A program made the position numbers and the translations under genes. The notes under the pieces were generated by a model. The model made no database searches and had not been told where the DNA came from. It saw only the letters and a list, made by a program, of their open reading frames with translations. 64,000 bases of DNA from positions 136,682 through 200,681 of the forward strand of contig CAVXBN010000022.1 in NCBI GenBank assembly GCA_963760045.1, given 5' to 3'. Within the stretch, counting starts at the first letter, position 1; each line of letters starts with the position of its first letter. This document shows positions 41,821 through 56,975 of this stretch, piece after piece. Source of the stretch: an uncultured Chitinophagaceae bacterium (lineage in GTDB: Bacteria > Bacteroidota > Bacteroidia > Chitinophagales > Chitinophagaceae).

Positions 41821-42645
41821 ATGAATTACCAGTTAAGCCAGGAAGAACAATGCCTGTTTCACCGTGATGGCTATGTTATCAAACGAAACTTTTTTAGTGA
41901 ACAGGAAACAAGCCTTCTTTACGAACTGGCTACAGATGATACGGTAGTTGGCAATTCGATGGACTTCAATGATCAGTCGGGAAAAAGAACAAGACTCACT
42001 TTATGGTTCACGCCGGGCGATGATTCGTTTGGACTGATGTCGCGCTCGCAAAGAATGGTGAACGCCGTAGCTGCACTGCTGGGCACGGATGGAGATGTCT
42101 GTCATTTTCATAGCAAAGTGATGCAGAAAGAACCCAAAGTAGGCGGTGCATGGGAATGGCACCAGGATTATGGATACTGGTATAAAAACGGCTTTTTGTA
42201 CCCGGAAGCAATGGTATCTGTAATGGTAGCGCTTACCGAAGCAACTAAGGAAAACGGATGCCTGCAAGTGCTGAAAGGCAGCCACAAAATGCAACGCTTC
42301 GAGCACAATTTTGTGGGTGAACAGCAAGGTGCAGACGCAGAATTTGTAGCAGCGGCGCAGCGTGTGTGCGAGCTGGTGTATGTGGAATTGCAGCCAGGCG
42401 ATGTACTTTTTTTTCACTCGAATATTCTTCACCGCTCAGCCGCCAATACGTCGGACAAATCGCGATGGTCCATTATTTCAGCTTATAATCTTAGCTATAA
42501 TATTCCTTTCAGGGAAAAAAATCCTTCCTGCATTCAACCTATTGTGCCCGTGCCCGACGACAGGCTGTTACAGAGCGGCGTTACCAAACTACAGGGAGCT
42601 GATTTTTTGATAAAAGAAAAGGAAATTACGTTGCACGTAAAGTAA
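41821..42645 (+). CDS. Phytanoyl-CoA dioxygenase family Fe(II)/2-oxoglutarate dioxygenase
   Basis: F..DGY, HSKVMQKEP..GGAWEWHQDYGYW (HxD), ENGCL.V..GSH, PGD.LFFH.N..H.S..N.S...R. Confidence 0.9.
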   Translation: MNYQLSQEEQCLFHRDGYVIKRNFFSEQETSLLYELATDDTVVGNSMDFNDQSGKRTRLTLWFTPGDDSFGLMSRSQRMVNAVAALLGTDGDVCHFHSKVMQKEPKVGGAWEWHQDYGYWYKNGFLYPEAMVSVMVALTEATKENGCLQVLKGSHKMQRFEHNFVGEQQGADAEFVAAAQRVCELVYVELQPGDVLFFHSNILHRSAANTSDKSRWSIISAYNLSYNIPFREKNPSCIQPIVPVPDDRLLQSGVTKLQGADFLIKEKEITLHVK

Positions 42646-42726
42646 TTTGCTCAGGCACAAAAGCATTTCAGAAAAATCGCTCTTTGCTATTATATCCATT
42701 CAGCTTCATTATAGTTTTACCACTAT

Positions 42727-44804
42727 TCATTTATCATACTCCAACGGATCTGTTTTCTCTAGGTAATCGAGGTCATGTACAGGTCGTTCGATGTGTGTCG
42801 GAAAAGGTCGCCGGCTAAACTGCTGGAAATACAAAAGACAGGCGTCTTTGTAAAACTGCGCATCGCGGCTTTGCTTGCGCAGACGGCTTTGCACATCGGT
42901 AAATCGCGCATTGTCTACAAAAGGCTTTGCCGCATCCCACACTTTCTGAAAATCGCGTACCTGCTGTACGCCACGGTCATACTGTTCACAAATCGCTTCC
43001 CACAGCGTGTTGCCATTGTTCATGCGGTAATCCCACGGCAGGTGATGAAACCACAGCAAATATACTTCCGGGCAGGTGCGCGGATCGTTCCATAGTGAAG
43101 CCAGTGGTTTGGCGTATTGACTCACTGCCTTGCTGCCGCTTTGCGAACGGTTGAAGCCGATGCCAGCCGTATCTGCCTGGTGATAGTAAGCCGGTGTCCA
43201 GTCTATGCGCGTGCCTTCGGGCGCCCACCATGGCCCGGGACCATAATGATGATTGCCGGCAAACAGGTGGTGCAATCCCAGCGGCATCGAATAATTGACA
43301 ACAGCTTCGCGGCTGTCGAGCATCATTTGTCTTTATGGGTGCCAAAAAATGTACTCTCCAGTCGATGTTGTTTACATCAGATGATGCTTTCGAGTCACTG
43401 CCACCAAATGTTAGTTGTATCCACTCATCAGCAATTGCAGCGCTTGTCATTTCATCATTCCAGGCGAGGCGACCATAGGCATACCAGTTGGCTTGCGCAA
43501 AAGGATGACCGTTCCAGTTTGTATCCAGCCCGATGTTGGCAACGCCGGCAATGGCGGTTATTTTTTGCGGAAACAAGGTGCCATCGGTACATTTTGCAAC
43601 CGTGCTTCCTTCGCCCTGCGCATACGTATCGCTTTTGAGGCATTCTTCAAATGTGGTAGACAAGAAATGCAAGCTGATGCTGATGACCGAGGTATTCCTG
43701 CGTGATTTGAAATTCTGCCATCACGGGAGTTGTTTGCAAGGCGCCAAACAACGGGCTGAAAGGCTCGCGCGGCTGAAAATCAATGGGACCGTTTTTTACC
43801 TGGATGATAACGTTGTCGCGAAACTTGCCGTCGAATGGCATGAACTCCAGGTAAGCTTGTTTTGCCCGGTCTTTGTCGGTGGCGCTATATACGAATGCCC
43901 GCCACATCACGATGCCGCCATACGGCTTCAGCGCATCAGCCATCGTATTGGCGCCATCTACGTGGGTGCGCCCAAAATCCTGCGGACCGGGCTGCCCTTC
44001 ACTGTTGGCTTTTACCAAAAACCCACCGAAGTCGGGCACGAGTGCATAGATCTCTTTTACCTTTCCCTTCCACCAGTTGACTACTTCCGGATTCAGCGGG
44101 TCGGAGGTGGATAGCTTGCCCAAAATAGCCGGTGAAGAAAAGTTGACCGACAAATAGGTTTTGATGCCATAAGGTCGCAATACATCGGCAATGGCTTTTA
44201 CACGTTGCAGGTAAGCGCCGGTTAGAATATTGGGCGAAGCGTTTACATTGTTGAGCACCGAACCATTGATGCCAATGGAGGCATTGGCGCGGGCATATTC
44301 GTTCCAAAGTTCGCGATCGCTGTTGGTAACGGTCAATGAATCGGCGCCGGTACGCCAAAATATGGAATTGCCGGCGTAGCCGCGTTCTATGGTTCCGTTC
44401 AGGTTGTCCCAGTGATTGAGAATGCGTCGCTGATAAGAGGGATTGGAGATGATGTTGTCTGTACTTTCGCCGGTTTGCTGGCGGCGCAGCAAATCATACG
44501 CACCATACAAAATGCCGAGGTCTGTATTGGCAGTAATGCCTGAAGATGTGAGTTGAAACCCATCATCTTTGATCAACGGATTGGGTTTGACCAACAATGA
44601 CAGGGTTGCACCCGATTTGCCCAGCCAGCCTTGTGTTAATTCCTTCGCTGCAAGGTCTAACAAAGGCGAGTGCCTGGCAACAACGGTTACCGCATTTGCC
44701 TTGTGTTTGCGCAGCCACAACTCATGACCGTTATCTGCCAGGGCAATATAACAGGCACACACACAAATCACCACAGCGGTTACGCGTTTTAAAAAGTGTA
44801 TCAT
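42727..44804 (-). CDS. GH67 alpha-glucuronidase, 2 frameshifts
   Basis: LNHWDNLNGTIERGYAG, NNVNA, VKANSEGQPGP, VKNGPIDFQPREP, EFQITQEYLG, QANWYAYGRLAW, LLWFHH.PW. Confidence 0.92.
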
Positions 44805-44929
44805 TTGTTCTTCTTTATAGATATTGATTGTACAAATTAATCTTATACCATCAAACTTTGTTGGCTACTGTTCAACAGACGGGCATTGTGCACAAATTAG
44901 ATCGCCGGCGAAATGACAACAGAACACGA

Positions 44930-47045
44930 TTACTTACTTGTTTTCAGTTGTAAGATCGTTACGGAATAAGGATCCAGATTTCTCGTAAAATTTTTCTGAA
45001 TGCCTTTGATGGTTGATGTAACCGGAGTGATGTTCTCAGGATGATCAATAGAGTTTGTATCTTCCGGTTTTGCTCCTTTAATCACCACTGATGTTGCGGT
45101 GGAAGACACATTGGCAACGCCATCCAGATTGATTTTCAGGGCTTGCTTTTTACCCGTTGTATTCACCAGTTTTACGTAGACAGCGCCTGTTGTATCGTTC
45201 ATGGTAACCGAATAAAAAAGGGAAGGAATCTGCTTAGCAGCAACACCATCAGCACTGTCTTTTTTACTCAGTGGTATATTTTGTACAGGTATATTTTCAC
45301 CCGTAACAGGCACAATCTTATTGCCCAAATATTGGTTGAATAGTTTCTGTACATAATACGATGGCGAACCATAACTGTTGAGTGCATCGTAGCCAATCAA
45401 ATCAGAATCCCACTGCCACGCTTTGGGAGCTGTGGCCGTTGCGGTATTTACATTTACAAATAGTGGCGCGTAACACGACATAATCACCAAATCAGAATTG
45501 CGTTCCATGCCCGTCATCCAGGCAGCATCGCCCAAGGCTGCATTTAAATTGGTAGTTGGTGCGCCTTCGCGCGTAGCCCATTCACCCACAAAAATCTTTG
45601 GTCCATTGCGGTCGTAGCTGTCGTATTGCGATGCATTTTCCCACATCTCCCAGGCGTTGCGATAATAATGTTCATCCACTACTTTCGGCTCTTTACCCGA
45701 GGTTACACTCATCTTCGGGTATTGTGTTTCTGGAATTGTTGAAATACAAGTCAACTGCGGATAAGTAGCGTTAATCGCCGTTCTGAACTGCGTAAAACGT
45801 CCATCGTAACTGTTGGAAATATCAAACCAGTCTTCGTTACCAATTTCAACATATTGCAATGCAAACGGAGCCGGATGACCGTCCTCTGCACGCTTCTTTC
45901 CCCAATACGTAGTTGTATCGCCGATTATATATTGAATTTCGTCCAGCGCATCATCCACATAGGGTTTCAGGAGTGGACCCGCGTCTATATGATCACCCTG
46001 CAAAGAATAACCGGCATACACACCGAGCAGCGGTTCAGCACCCATATCTTCACACCATTCCAAAAATTCCAGCAAACCCAAGCCATCACTTGCGCGATAA
46101 CCCCACGAGCCATTATGACCGGGACGGCTTTCCAAGGGTCCTAATGTTGTCTTCCAGGGAAAGGCATCCGTAATCATCGGACCTTCCAAATAATTACCAC
46201 CGGGAAAGCGAAGAAATTTTGGTTGCATGTCCACCATCATTTGCATCAAATCAACCCGGAAACCATTGGATTGATTATTATAAGTAGGTGGAAACAACGA
46301 AACCAAATTGAAATAATACTGACCCACGCGGTCTGTAGAAATTACAAAGCGCGCATCTTTTGTAGGCTGCACATCAGAAGCTGTGGTTAAGTTCACTTCA
46401 TATTTTTTCCAATATGGATTTTTTGCAAGATTGATGGTGCCGGATGCATATACCGTTTTACCATCATTGCTTTCAATAGTTACTGTAATGGGTCCCGCTG
46501 TATTATTGGCAATGTCCGGCAAGGATGGCGTAGTGGGCTTTGGTTCCCATGGGTGGCGGAAAGGCTCACTCCTGTCTGTTCCCTTTATATAAAAAGAAGC
46601 ATGGTAGGTTGTAGAAGGTTTTACCGGGATGCCCCAATATCCTTCGTTGGCAATACCTACCCTGCCGGCTGCTTTTTCTACTGTTAGCCGCAGGCAGGTA
46701 GAAAGTGCACCATTAATGGCAAACCTGCGTTCATCGTACGGAACGTTTTCTTCGCGTGTGCCAATCAATTTTATAGTTGCCTGCGAAGCCGAATCGTTCT
46801 TTACCAAACTCCAGCCTTCGGGTGTATTTTTATTGTCTTTGAATATGCGGTTGCGAATCAGTTCTGCATACAAACCACCATCATAAGAATGGTTGATTTC
46901 TTCTGTCATCAATCCATATAACATCGGGCTTACTGTTGCCGTTGGCTTGTTTAGTTGCAAGGTAAGTACAGGCGTTTGCGCCGTTGCCGTTTGCGCACAG
47001 GCAGCCAGCCGCCAGACACGTTATTACAAACCTTTTCAAATTCAT
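44930..47045 (-). CDS. GH51 alpha-L-arabinofuranosidase, frameshift in the signal region
   Basis: YGLMTEEINHSYDGGLYAEL, LRFPGG, EIGNED, DEHYY, VGEWA, GMERNSD.V.M.CYAPL. Start MNLKRF at 47045. Confidence 0.92.
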
Positions 47046-47107
47046 TGTTTTTCCAGATTTCCAGTTCATTATTTTGAGTGCTATGTTTTGTTATAAAAAG
47101 TCTTTTG

Positions 47108-48004
47108 TCAGTGAATCCAATGATTGCTTTTCATCCATAAAAACAGGGGTTCCATCCAGCCCGGGTGTTGAAAGATAAAACCATGTCCGCCTTTTGGATA
47201 AATGTGCATTTCTACCGGCACATGGTGGTGCCGCAATTGTTCAAAAAAGCGAATGCTGTTGTCCACATCCACCACATTATCATCGGCGGCATGCGTGATC
47301 CAGGTGGGTGGCGTTTGGTCGGTTACCTGCAAGTCGTTTGAGTAGTTGATAATCGCTTCTTTCGAAGGATGTTCACCCAATAATTGCTTTCTTGAACCGG
47401 CATGCGTTAAGCTGTCCTGCATGCTAATGACCGGGTACACCAATATTTGAAAATTGGGGCGAAGATTGGTGTTGGTTGTATTGGGAATCAAGGCATGTTG
47501 ATAGTGGGTTGCTTCGGTGGAAGCAAGGTGCCCGCCAGCCGAAAATCCAATGATGCCCACCTTGCCAGTATCTACATTCCATTTGCCAGCATTGTCGCGC
47601 ACCATCTTGATGGCCTGCTGTGCATCCTGCAGCGGTGCAATGGTTTTATTTACTTCAAACGAATCGTTTGGCAGGCGGTATTTCAACACAAAAGCAGCTA
47701 CGCCCTGTTGCGCAAATTCTTTGGCAGTTTGCACGCCTTCGCCATCATACACAATCACGCTATAGCCACCGCCGGGACAAATCACCACTGCCGTACCTGT
47801 TGCTTTTTCTTTATCCGGCAAATACACTTCCAGCGTTGGATGAATGCTTCGCCGAATCAATCCCGATGGCTGTTGCGGCATATCCGGCAATGAGGAAACG
47901 ATCGCATTCGGAATGCTATCGGGGTACAAATTCAAGACTTCCTGTGCCTGCATGGAAAGCGGAAGAAAACAGGCAGCTACCAACAAACATTTCAATGTTT
48001 TCAT
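47108..48004 (-). CDS. Secreted alpha/beta hydrolase (BD-FAE/XynB-like esterase)
   Basis: ICPGGGY, PLQDAQQA, GFSAGGHLA, LVYPVISM, DD.VV, GGHGF. Confidence 0.88.
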   Translation of the reverse strand: MKTLKCLLVAACFLPLSMQAQEVLNLYPDSIPNAIVSSLPDMPQQPSGLIRRSIHPTLEVYLPDKEKATGTAVVICPGGGYSVIVYDGEGVQTAKEFAQQGVAAFVLKYRLPNDSFEVNKTIAPLQDAQQAIKMVRDNAGKWNVDTGKVGIIGFSAGGHLASTEATHYQHALIPNTTNTNLRPNFQILVYPVISMQDSLTHAGSRKQLLGEHPSKEAIINYSNDLQVTDQTPPTWITHAADDNVVDVDNSIRFFEQLRHHHVPVEMHIYPKGGHGFIFQHPGWMEPLFLWMKSNHWIH

Positions 48005-48049
48005 ACCTATGTTTACTGTGTTGTTTTGAAAAATAAAACAGCCTAACTA

Positions 48050-49160
<1,111 letters not shown>

Positions 49161-49187
49161 ATACAAGTTTTAGCGAATTTTGTTGTT

Positions 49188-51146
<1,959 letters not shown>

Positions 51147-51158
51147 TCAATAAAGAAG

Positions 51159-51300
51159 TTAGTGAGTTTGTGGTGTTATTAATGGGTACCTGCCGCTCAC
51201 ATGTATCAGGCTAAACAAATATAATAAGCCATCGTACAGGCATCAAAATACGCATCATCACAAGACTCCAATTCTACATTCCAGTAAAACTTCTCGGGTT
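51159..51300 (-). pseudogene. C-terminal remnant of a GH8 (Rex/xylanase-like) gene
   Basis: Hand translation PEKFYWNVELESCDDAYFDA(fs)YDGLLYLFSLIHVSGRYPLITPQTH*; matches the GH8 C-terminal YYDGLLY.FSL.H.SG.Y motif. Confidence 0.65.
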
Positions 51301-51524
51301 CATTTAGAAATCAGGGTTGGTTACAGGCAAACATCAGCAATCACAATCTTATCTCAATTTGTGATTTTTTTCGTTTGTAATGACAGGATTAGCATTTGTT
51401 CTTAACCAATAAAATTAGAAAGCTTTTACTTCTTGTTGGCAAAGGAAAAGCGTAATTTATTGTCGCTATCAAAAACAACACTTGCTACCCATTTTACAAT
51501 GTCGGAGCAAAGTACACAAATGCT

Positions 51525-51538
51525 TGTTACCGATTGCA
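51525..51538. promoter_or_regulatory. LacI-family operator-like site
   Basis: TGTTACCGATTGCA, a variant of the site at 51766. Confidence 0.5.
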
Positions 51539-51765
51539 TAATATATTCAAAATCTAAGCTTCACACGATGCTGTTTCCCGTAGGTTTTCTGAACCTGTTT
51601 GTTGAATAAATCCGCCATGCTCTGCCAGGCAATGCAAAAATCGGTTTATCCTCTCTGTATCCACATTGACTTTAAGCATATTTCAGCTACTGATAAGCAA
51701 ACAATCGTAACAATCGCGAAGCAATCCTTCCTAAAATCAGGTGCTAATGTAAATAGATTTTTTAA

Positions 51766-51783
51766 ATTGCAACCGATTGCAAT
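51766..51783. promoter_or_regulatory. LacI-family operator-like palindrome
   Basis: ATTGCAACCGATTGCAAT with central CG, in the divergent promoter region of the xylan cluster. Confidence 0.65.
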
Positions 51784-52021
51784 AAAAATTTCAAAGTTTT
51801 CCTTTAGTTTTATTTTTTGACATTGCTGGCTGGTTGTATAATAAATCGAAAATCCGGGTGATTTTGTTTGCTGAATGGTTGCTTCATATTTTTTATTTCG
51901 AAATGGAATTGATATGATGATAAATTAATGCATACTTCAAAGTATGTATTCCCAATAACTCATATCGAAGAGATTTATTTGTATTCCAATCCTGAGTTTT
52001 TCAAGTACACAACTTAATTGT

Positions 52022-53160
52022 ATGATTCATTTGTATTCCCGTTTACTTCCCTTTTTTACCGCCGGCTTACTCATTGCAGGCTGCACAAGTACTCATAACG
52101 TAATGGCGCAGACAGCGCCCACACCTTCTTTGAAAGAAGCCTACAAAAACGATTTTTTGATTGGCTTTGCCATCAATACACCACAGCTTTCGGGGAAAGA
52201 TACCGGCGCATTGCGCGTGATTCCCCAACAGTTCAATGCCGTAACTCCGGAGAACATGATGAAGGCTGAAATCATTCAACCCGGCATGGGAGGCTTACAA
52301 CTTTGAACCGGCAGACAAACTGGTGGCGTATGCACAAAAAAACAATTTGAAAGTCAATGCGCACACCCTCATCTGGCATAGCCAGCTGCCGCCATTTATG
52401 CGCCACATGCAAAGTGCAGATTCGGTGCGGCAGTATTTCGAAAATCACATCAATACCATTGCTGCACGCTACGATGGCAAAGTGTATTCGTGGGATGTAG
52501 TGAATGAAGCCTTGAATGAAGATGGCACCATGCGCAACTCCATTTTCCTGCAAAAGTTAGGAGACGATTTTGTAGTAGAAGCGTTTCGGCTGGCGCAAAA
52601 AGCTGCCCCGCATACAAAGCTGTATTACAACGATTACAACATTGAACAACCCGCCAAACGTGCCGGCGCCATTGCTCTCATTAAAAAGATACAGGCAGCC
52701 GGTGTACGCATTGATGGCGTTGGCATACAGGGACATTGGAACATTGCCGATGTGCCAATGGCAGACATTGAACAAAGCATCAAAGAGTTTGGCGCATTGG
52801 GCATCGAAGTGATGTTTACCGAACTGGATTTAAGCGTATTGCCAAACCCGCTGCGCAACAATACCGCCGATGTGAGTGCTACGGCAGCATACAAGGAAAC
52901 ACTCAATCCCTACACCAAAGAATTGCCGGATTCTGTATCGCACAAGCTGGCAACCGCTTACGCAGATTTGTTTCGTTTGTTTTTGAAATACAAAAAGAAT
53001 GTGAGTCGCGTTACGCTGTGGGGCGTTGATGATGGGCAATCATGGCTCAACAATTTCCCGGTTCGGGGTCGTACCAATTACGCATTGTTGTTTGACAGGA
53101 AATTATGAACCCAAAGAAGCGTTTTACAGCGTGATCAAAGCAAAAAGAGAAGAAGATAAA
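52022..53160 (+). CDS. GH10 endo-1,4-beta-xylanase, frameshifted near 52285 and 53100; 3' end approximate
   Basis: FNAVTPEN.MK, HTLIWHSQ, WDVVNEA (acid/base), YNDYN, IDGVGIQGH, TELD (nucleophile), RVTLWGV.D..SW. Confidence 0.92.
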
Positions 53161-53238
53161 GAAGCAATTAATCTTGCTTATCAACTGTGTTTTATAAAGA
53201 AAATCTGCTGAAAACAACACATTCGCATTCCGATTGCC

Positions 53239-55859
53239 ATGAAAATAAAAATTCTCATCCCGATTTTTGCTGCTTCTTACTGTTGCCTGTGCAGCACAGG
53301 ATGATAAGAATAAACTGCCGTTCTGGAATTACAAATTAAGCTTCGACCAGCGGGCAAATGATATTATCAGCCGAATGACACTCGAAGAAAAAGTTGCGCA
53401 AATGCTCAACCACGCTCCTGCCATTGAACGGCTTGGCATACCGGCTTACGACTGGTGGAACGAGGTATTGCATGGCGTGGCAAGAACTTCGTATAAAACC
53501 ACCGTGTACCCGCAGGCGATTGCGATGGCTGCCACCTGGGATACGGCTGCGCTGCATACGATGGCAAGCCAAAGCGCATTGGAAGGCAGGGTGATTCACA
53601 ACAAAGCCATAGCAGCCGGCAAAACCGGCGAACGCTATGTGGGCTTGACATACTGGACACCCAACATTAATATTTTTCGCGACCCGCGCTGGGGACGCGG
53701 GCAGGAAACCTATGGTGAAGATCCTTTTCTCACCGGCACATTGGGCAAAGCGTTCGTAAGAGGTTTGCAGGGCGATGATCCCAAATATTTACAAGCAGCA
53801 GCCTGCGCCAAGCACTACGCGGTACATAGCGGACCAGAACCTTTGCGCCATGTGTTTAACGTGGACCCAAGCTCTTTTGATTTGTGGAATACCTACTTAC
53901 CGGCATTTAAAGAATTGGTAGAAAACGCTCATGTTGCCGGTGTGATGTGTGCGTACAATGCGTTTAAATCGCAACCTTGTTGTGGCAGCGATCAGTTGAT
54001 GATTCAGATTCTCCGCAGGCAATGGAATTTCAATGGGTATGTAACGTCCGATTGCTGGGCGATAGATGATTTTTTCAAGAACCATAAAACCAGTGCCAAT
54101 GCGGAAGAAGCTTCAGCAGATGCGGTGTTTCATGGCACCGATGTGGAATGCGGCACCGATGCTTATTTATCGCTCGTACAAGCGGTAAAAGATGGTAAAA
54201 TCAAAGAATCGCAAATTGATACTTCGGTAAAAAGATTGTTCCTCATTCGCCTGCGGCTTGGCATGTTTGATCCTTCTTCAATGGTGAAATATGCGCAAAC
54301 ACCCGACTCCGTTTTGGAGAGCGCCTCGCACAAAGCACATGCATTACAAATGGCACAGGAATCCATCGTTTTGCTGAAGAATGATAACAACACCTTGCCG
54401 CTGCAAAAATCATTGAAAAAAATAGCCGTCATTGGTCCGAATGCCGATAACCGCATCGCGGTATCTGGGCAATTATAACGGCACGCCTTCCAACATTGTT
54501 TCGGCATTGGATGGCATCAAACAAAAGCTGGGCAACCAAACAGAAGTGGTGTACGAACAGGCAATCAATTTCACCAACGATACGTTGCTATCTTTCGAAG
54601 ACATCAGCTCGCAATATTCCATCAACAACAAACCCGGCTTTACAGCCCAGTATTTTGGAAATAAAGAATTGAGCGGTGAACCCATTGTAACCACCGAAAA
54701 AAATATAGATCATTTCTGGCAGGAAGGTCAGGCAGTAATGGGCAACATCAAAGCCAATAATTTCTCGGCACGATACACCACGAATTTCAAAGCAAACAGG
54801 AATGGCAGTCTTACGTTTGAAGTGGAAGGTGATGATGGCTATCGCTTTTTGGTGAACGACAGCATCGTGATTGATGCCTGGCAACGCAACCGCTGGGGCG
54901 CAAGAACCTACGCATTGCCAACGCAAAAAGATTCTGTTTACAAACTCACCGTCGAGTACTGGCAGGGCGATGGCAAAGCCAACATTCGCTTGCGCGCGGG
55001 CAATTATGTAAAGACCGATTTTACGGCACTTGCCAACCGCGTAAAAGATGCTGATGCCATTGTATTTGTAGGCGGTATTTCGCCGCAACTCGAAGGCGAA
55101 GAAATGCGGGTAAATTATCCCGGTTTTAATGGTGGCGACCGAACCTCTATCATGCTGCCGGCTGTGCAGACAGAACTATTGAAAGCGTTGCAAACAACCG
55201 GCAAACCTGTTGTGTTTGTAATGATGACTGGCAGCGCCATTGCAACGCCATGGGAGAAGCAAAACATACCGGCGATTGTGAATGCATGGTATGGCGGGCA
55301 ATCTGCCGGAACTGCCATTGCCGATGTATTGTTTGGCGATTACAATCCTGCTGGTCGCCTGCCTGTTACATTCTACAAAAGTGATAGCGACCTGCCGCCA
55401 TTTGAAGATTACTCGATGAACAACCGCACTTATCGCTTTTTTACCGGCGAGGCGTTGTACCCGTTTGGATATGGATTGAGTTATACGACTTTCAAATATG
55501 ATGGTTTAAAAATGCCGAATAGCGTTCATAGCAAAACAGCCATCCCGGTTAGCGCAAACGTAACCAATACGGGTAGCAAAGATGGCGATGAAGTGGTGCA
55601 ATTGTATATTTCCTATGAAGGCAGCGGGATGAAAGTTCCGCAAAAAGCGCTTAAAGGTTTTCAACGGATTTCATTGAAGCAGGGCGAAACCAAAACGGTG
55701 CATTTTACCTTATCGCCCGAAGCGTTATCCATTGTAGATGATGAGGGTCAACCGCTGTATCCAAAAGGAAAATTAGTGGTTAGCATCGGCGGCGGGCAGC
55801 CGGGTGTACCATCATCTACCACCAGTAATGTATTACAACAAACCATTACCATCAACTAA
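53239..55859 (+). CDS. GH3 beta-xylosidase with PA14 insert, frameshifted
   Basis: WWNEVLHG, RDPRWGRGQETYGEDP, KHY, TSDCWAI (nucleophile), PA14 (DDGYR), LEGEE, GGDRT, YPFGYGLSY, FN3-like tail. Confidence 0.92.
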
Positions 55860-55866
55860 CAAAATC

Positions 55867-56959
55867 ATGAAAAAAACAACTTTATTTTTTGCGTCCCTAT
55901 GCTTCCTGTTAACAGCTTATTGCCAAAACACAACGGTAACCATTCCGGGCTCACAAGTCAAAACGTTTACATCAACCATTGTAAAAAATCAGCCCTATGC
56001 ATTACAGGTGTCGCTACCGGCTTCCTATGCAAAAAGCAATCAGAAATATCCCGTGGTGTACCTGATGGATTCGCAATGGGATTTCCCGCTCGTAACCGCT
56101 TTGTACGGGCAGCAATATTTTGATGGTTTTATTCCGGAAGTGATTATTGTAGGCATCACCTGGGGCGGCGATCATCCCAATCCCGATAGTCTTGCGGGCA
56201 AGAGATTATACGCCTACTACAGAAAAGAGGTTGCCGCAAAGTGGCGGTGCCGATGCGTTTCTTTCCGTTATCAAAAACGAAGTGTTTCCCATTGTAGATA
56301 AAGAATACCGTGTAGATACAACCGATAAAACATTGATGGGTTGCTCACTCGGCGGCTTGTTTACGATGTACACGTTGTTTACACATTCGGATATGTTTAA
56401 CCGATACATCGCAGCAAGCCCGGCATTTATGTGGGATAACAAAGTGCTGTACCAATACGAACAGAAATACAACGCCAATGCAACGAACCCGCCGGCAAGA
56501 TTGTTTATGTGCGTAGGTGGCGTAGAGAATAGTGTTCCCGACTATAAAAAACTCACTACTTTTTTGAACAACCGGCAATATCAAAACTTACAGATAGAGA
56601 GCCGGGTACTGGAGAATATCGGACATTCGGGCACCAAGGGCGAAGGCTATGAAAGAGGCTTGCAGTATGCATTTCAAAGCCCTTCGTTGCAATTGTCAAA
56701 CAGCACGTTAACGCCATATAGCGGCACATATACAGTAAACAATGGAACAACAATAACCATTCAATCGAAAGATGGTTCGCTCACGGCATCTTTTGGCAAC
56801 GAAGGAGAAAGCATACCGTTGTTTGCGGCATCGGAAACAGATTTTTATGCCAAATCATTTTTCTTTAAAATTCATTTTGTAAAAGAGGCTGATGGCAGTA
56901 CAAAAGGTTTTGAATTACACAGGTATGGGTCGGATGATTTTGCTACCAAAAAGAAATAA
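55867..56959 (+). CDS. Secreted alpha/beta hydrolase (IroE/BesA-like esterase), frameshift near 56195
   Basis: VSLP.SY...YPVVY..D, IIVGI, R.RDYTP, GGADAF, GCSLGG, SP..MW. Confidence 0.82.
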
Positions 56960-56975
56960 CACCTCAACAAGAATC

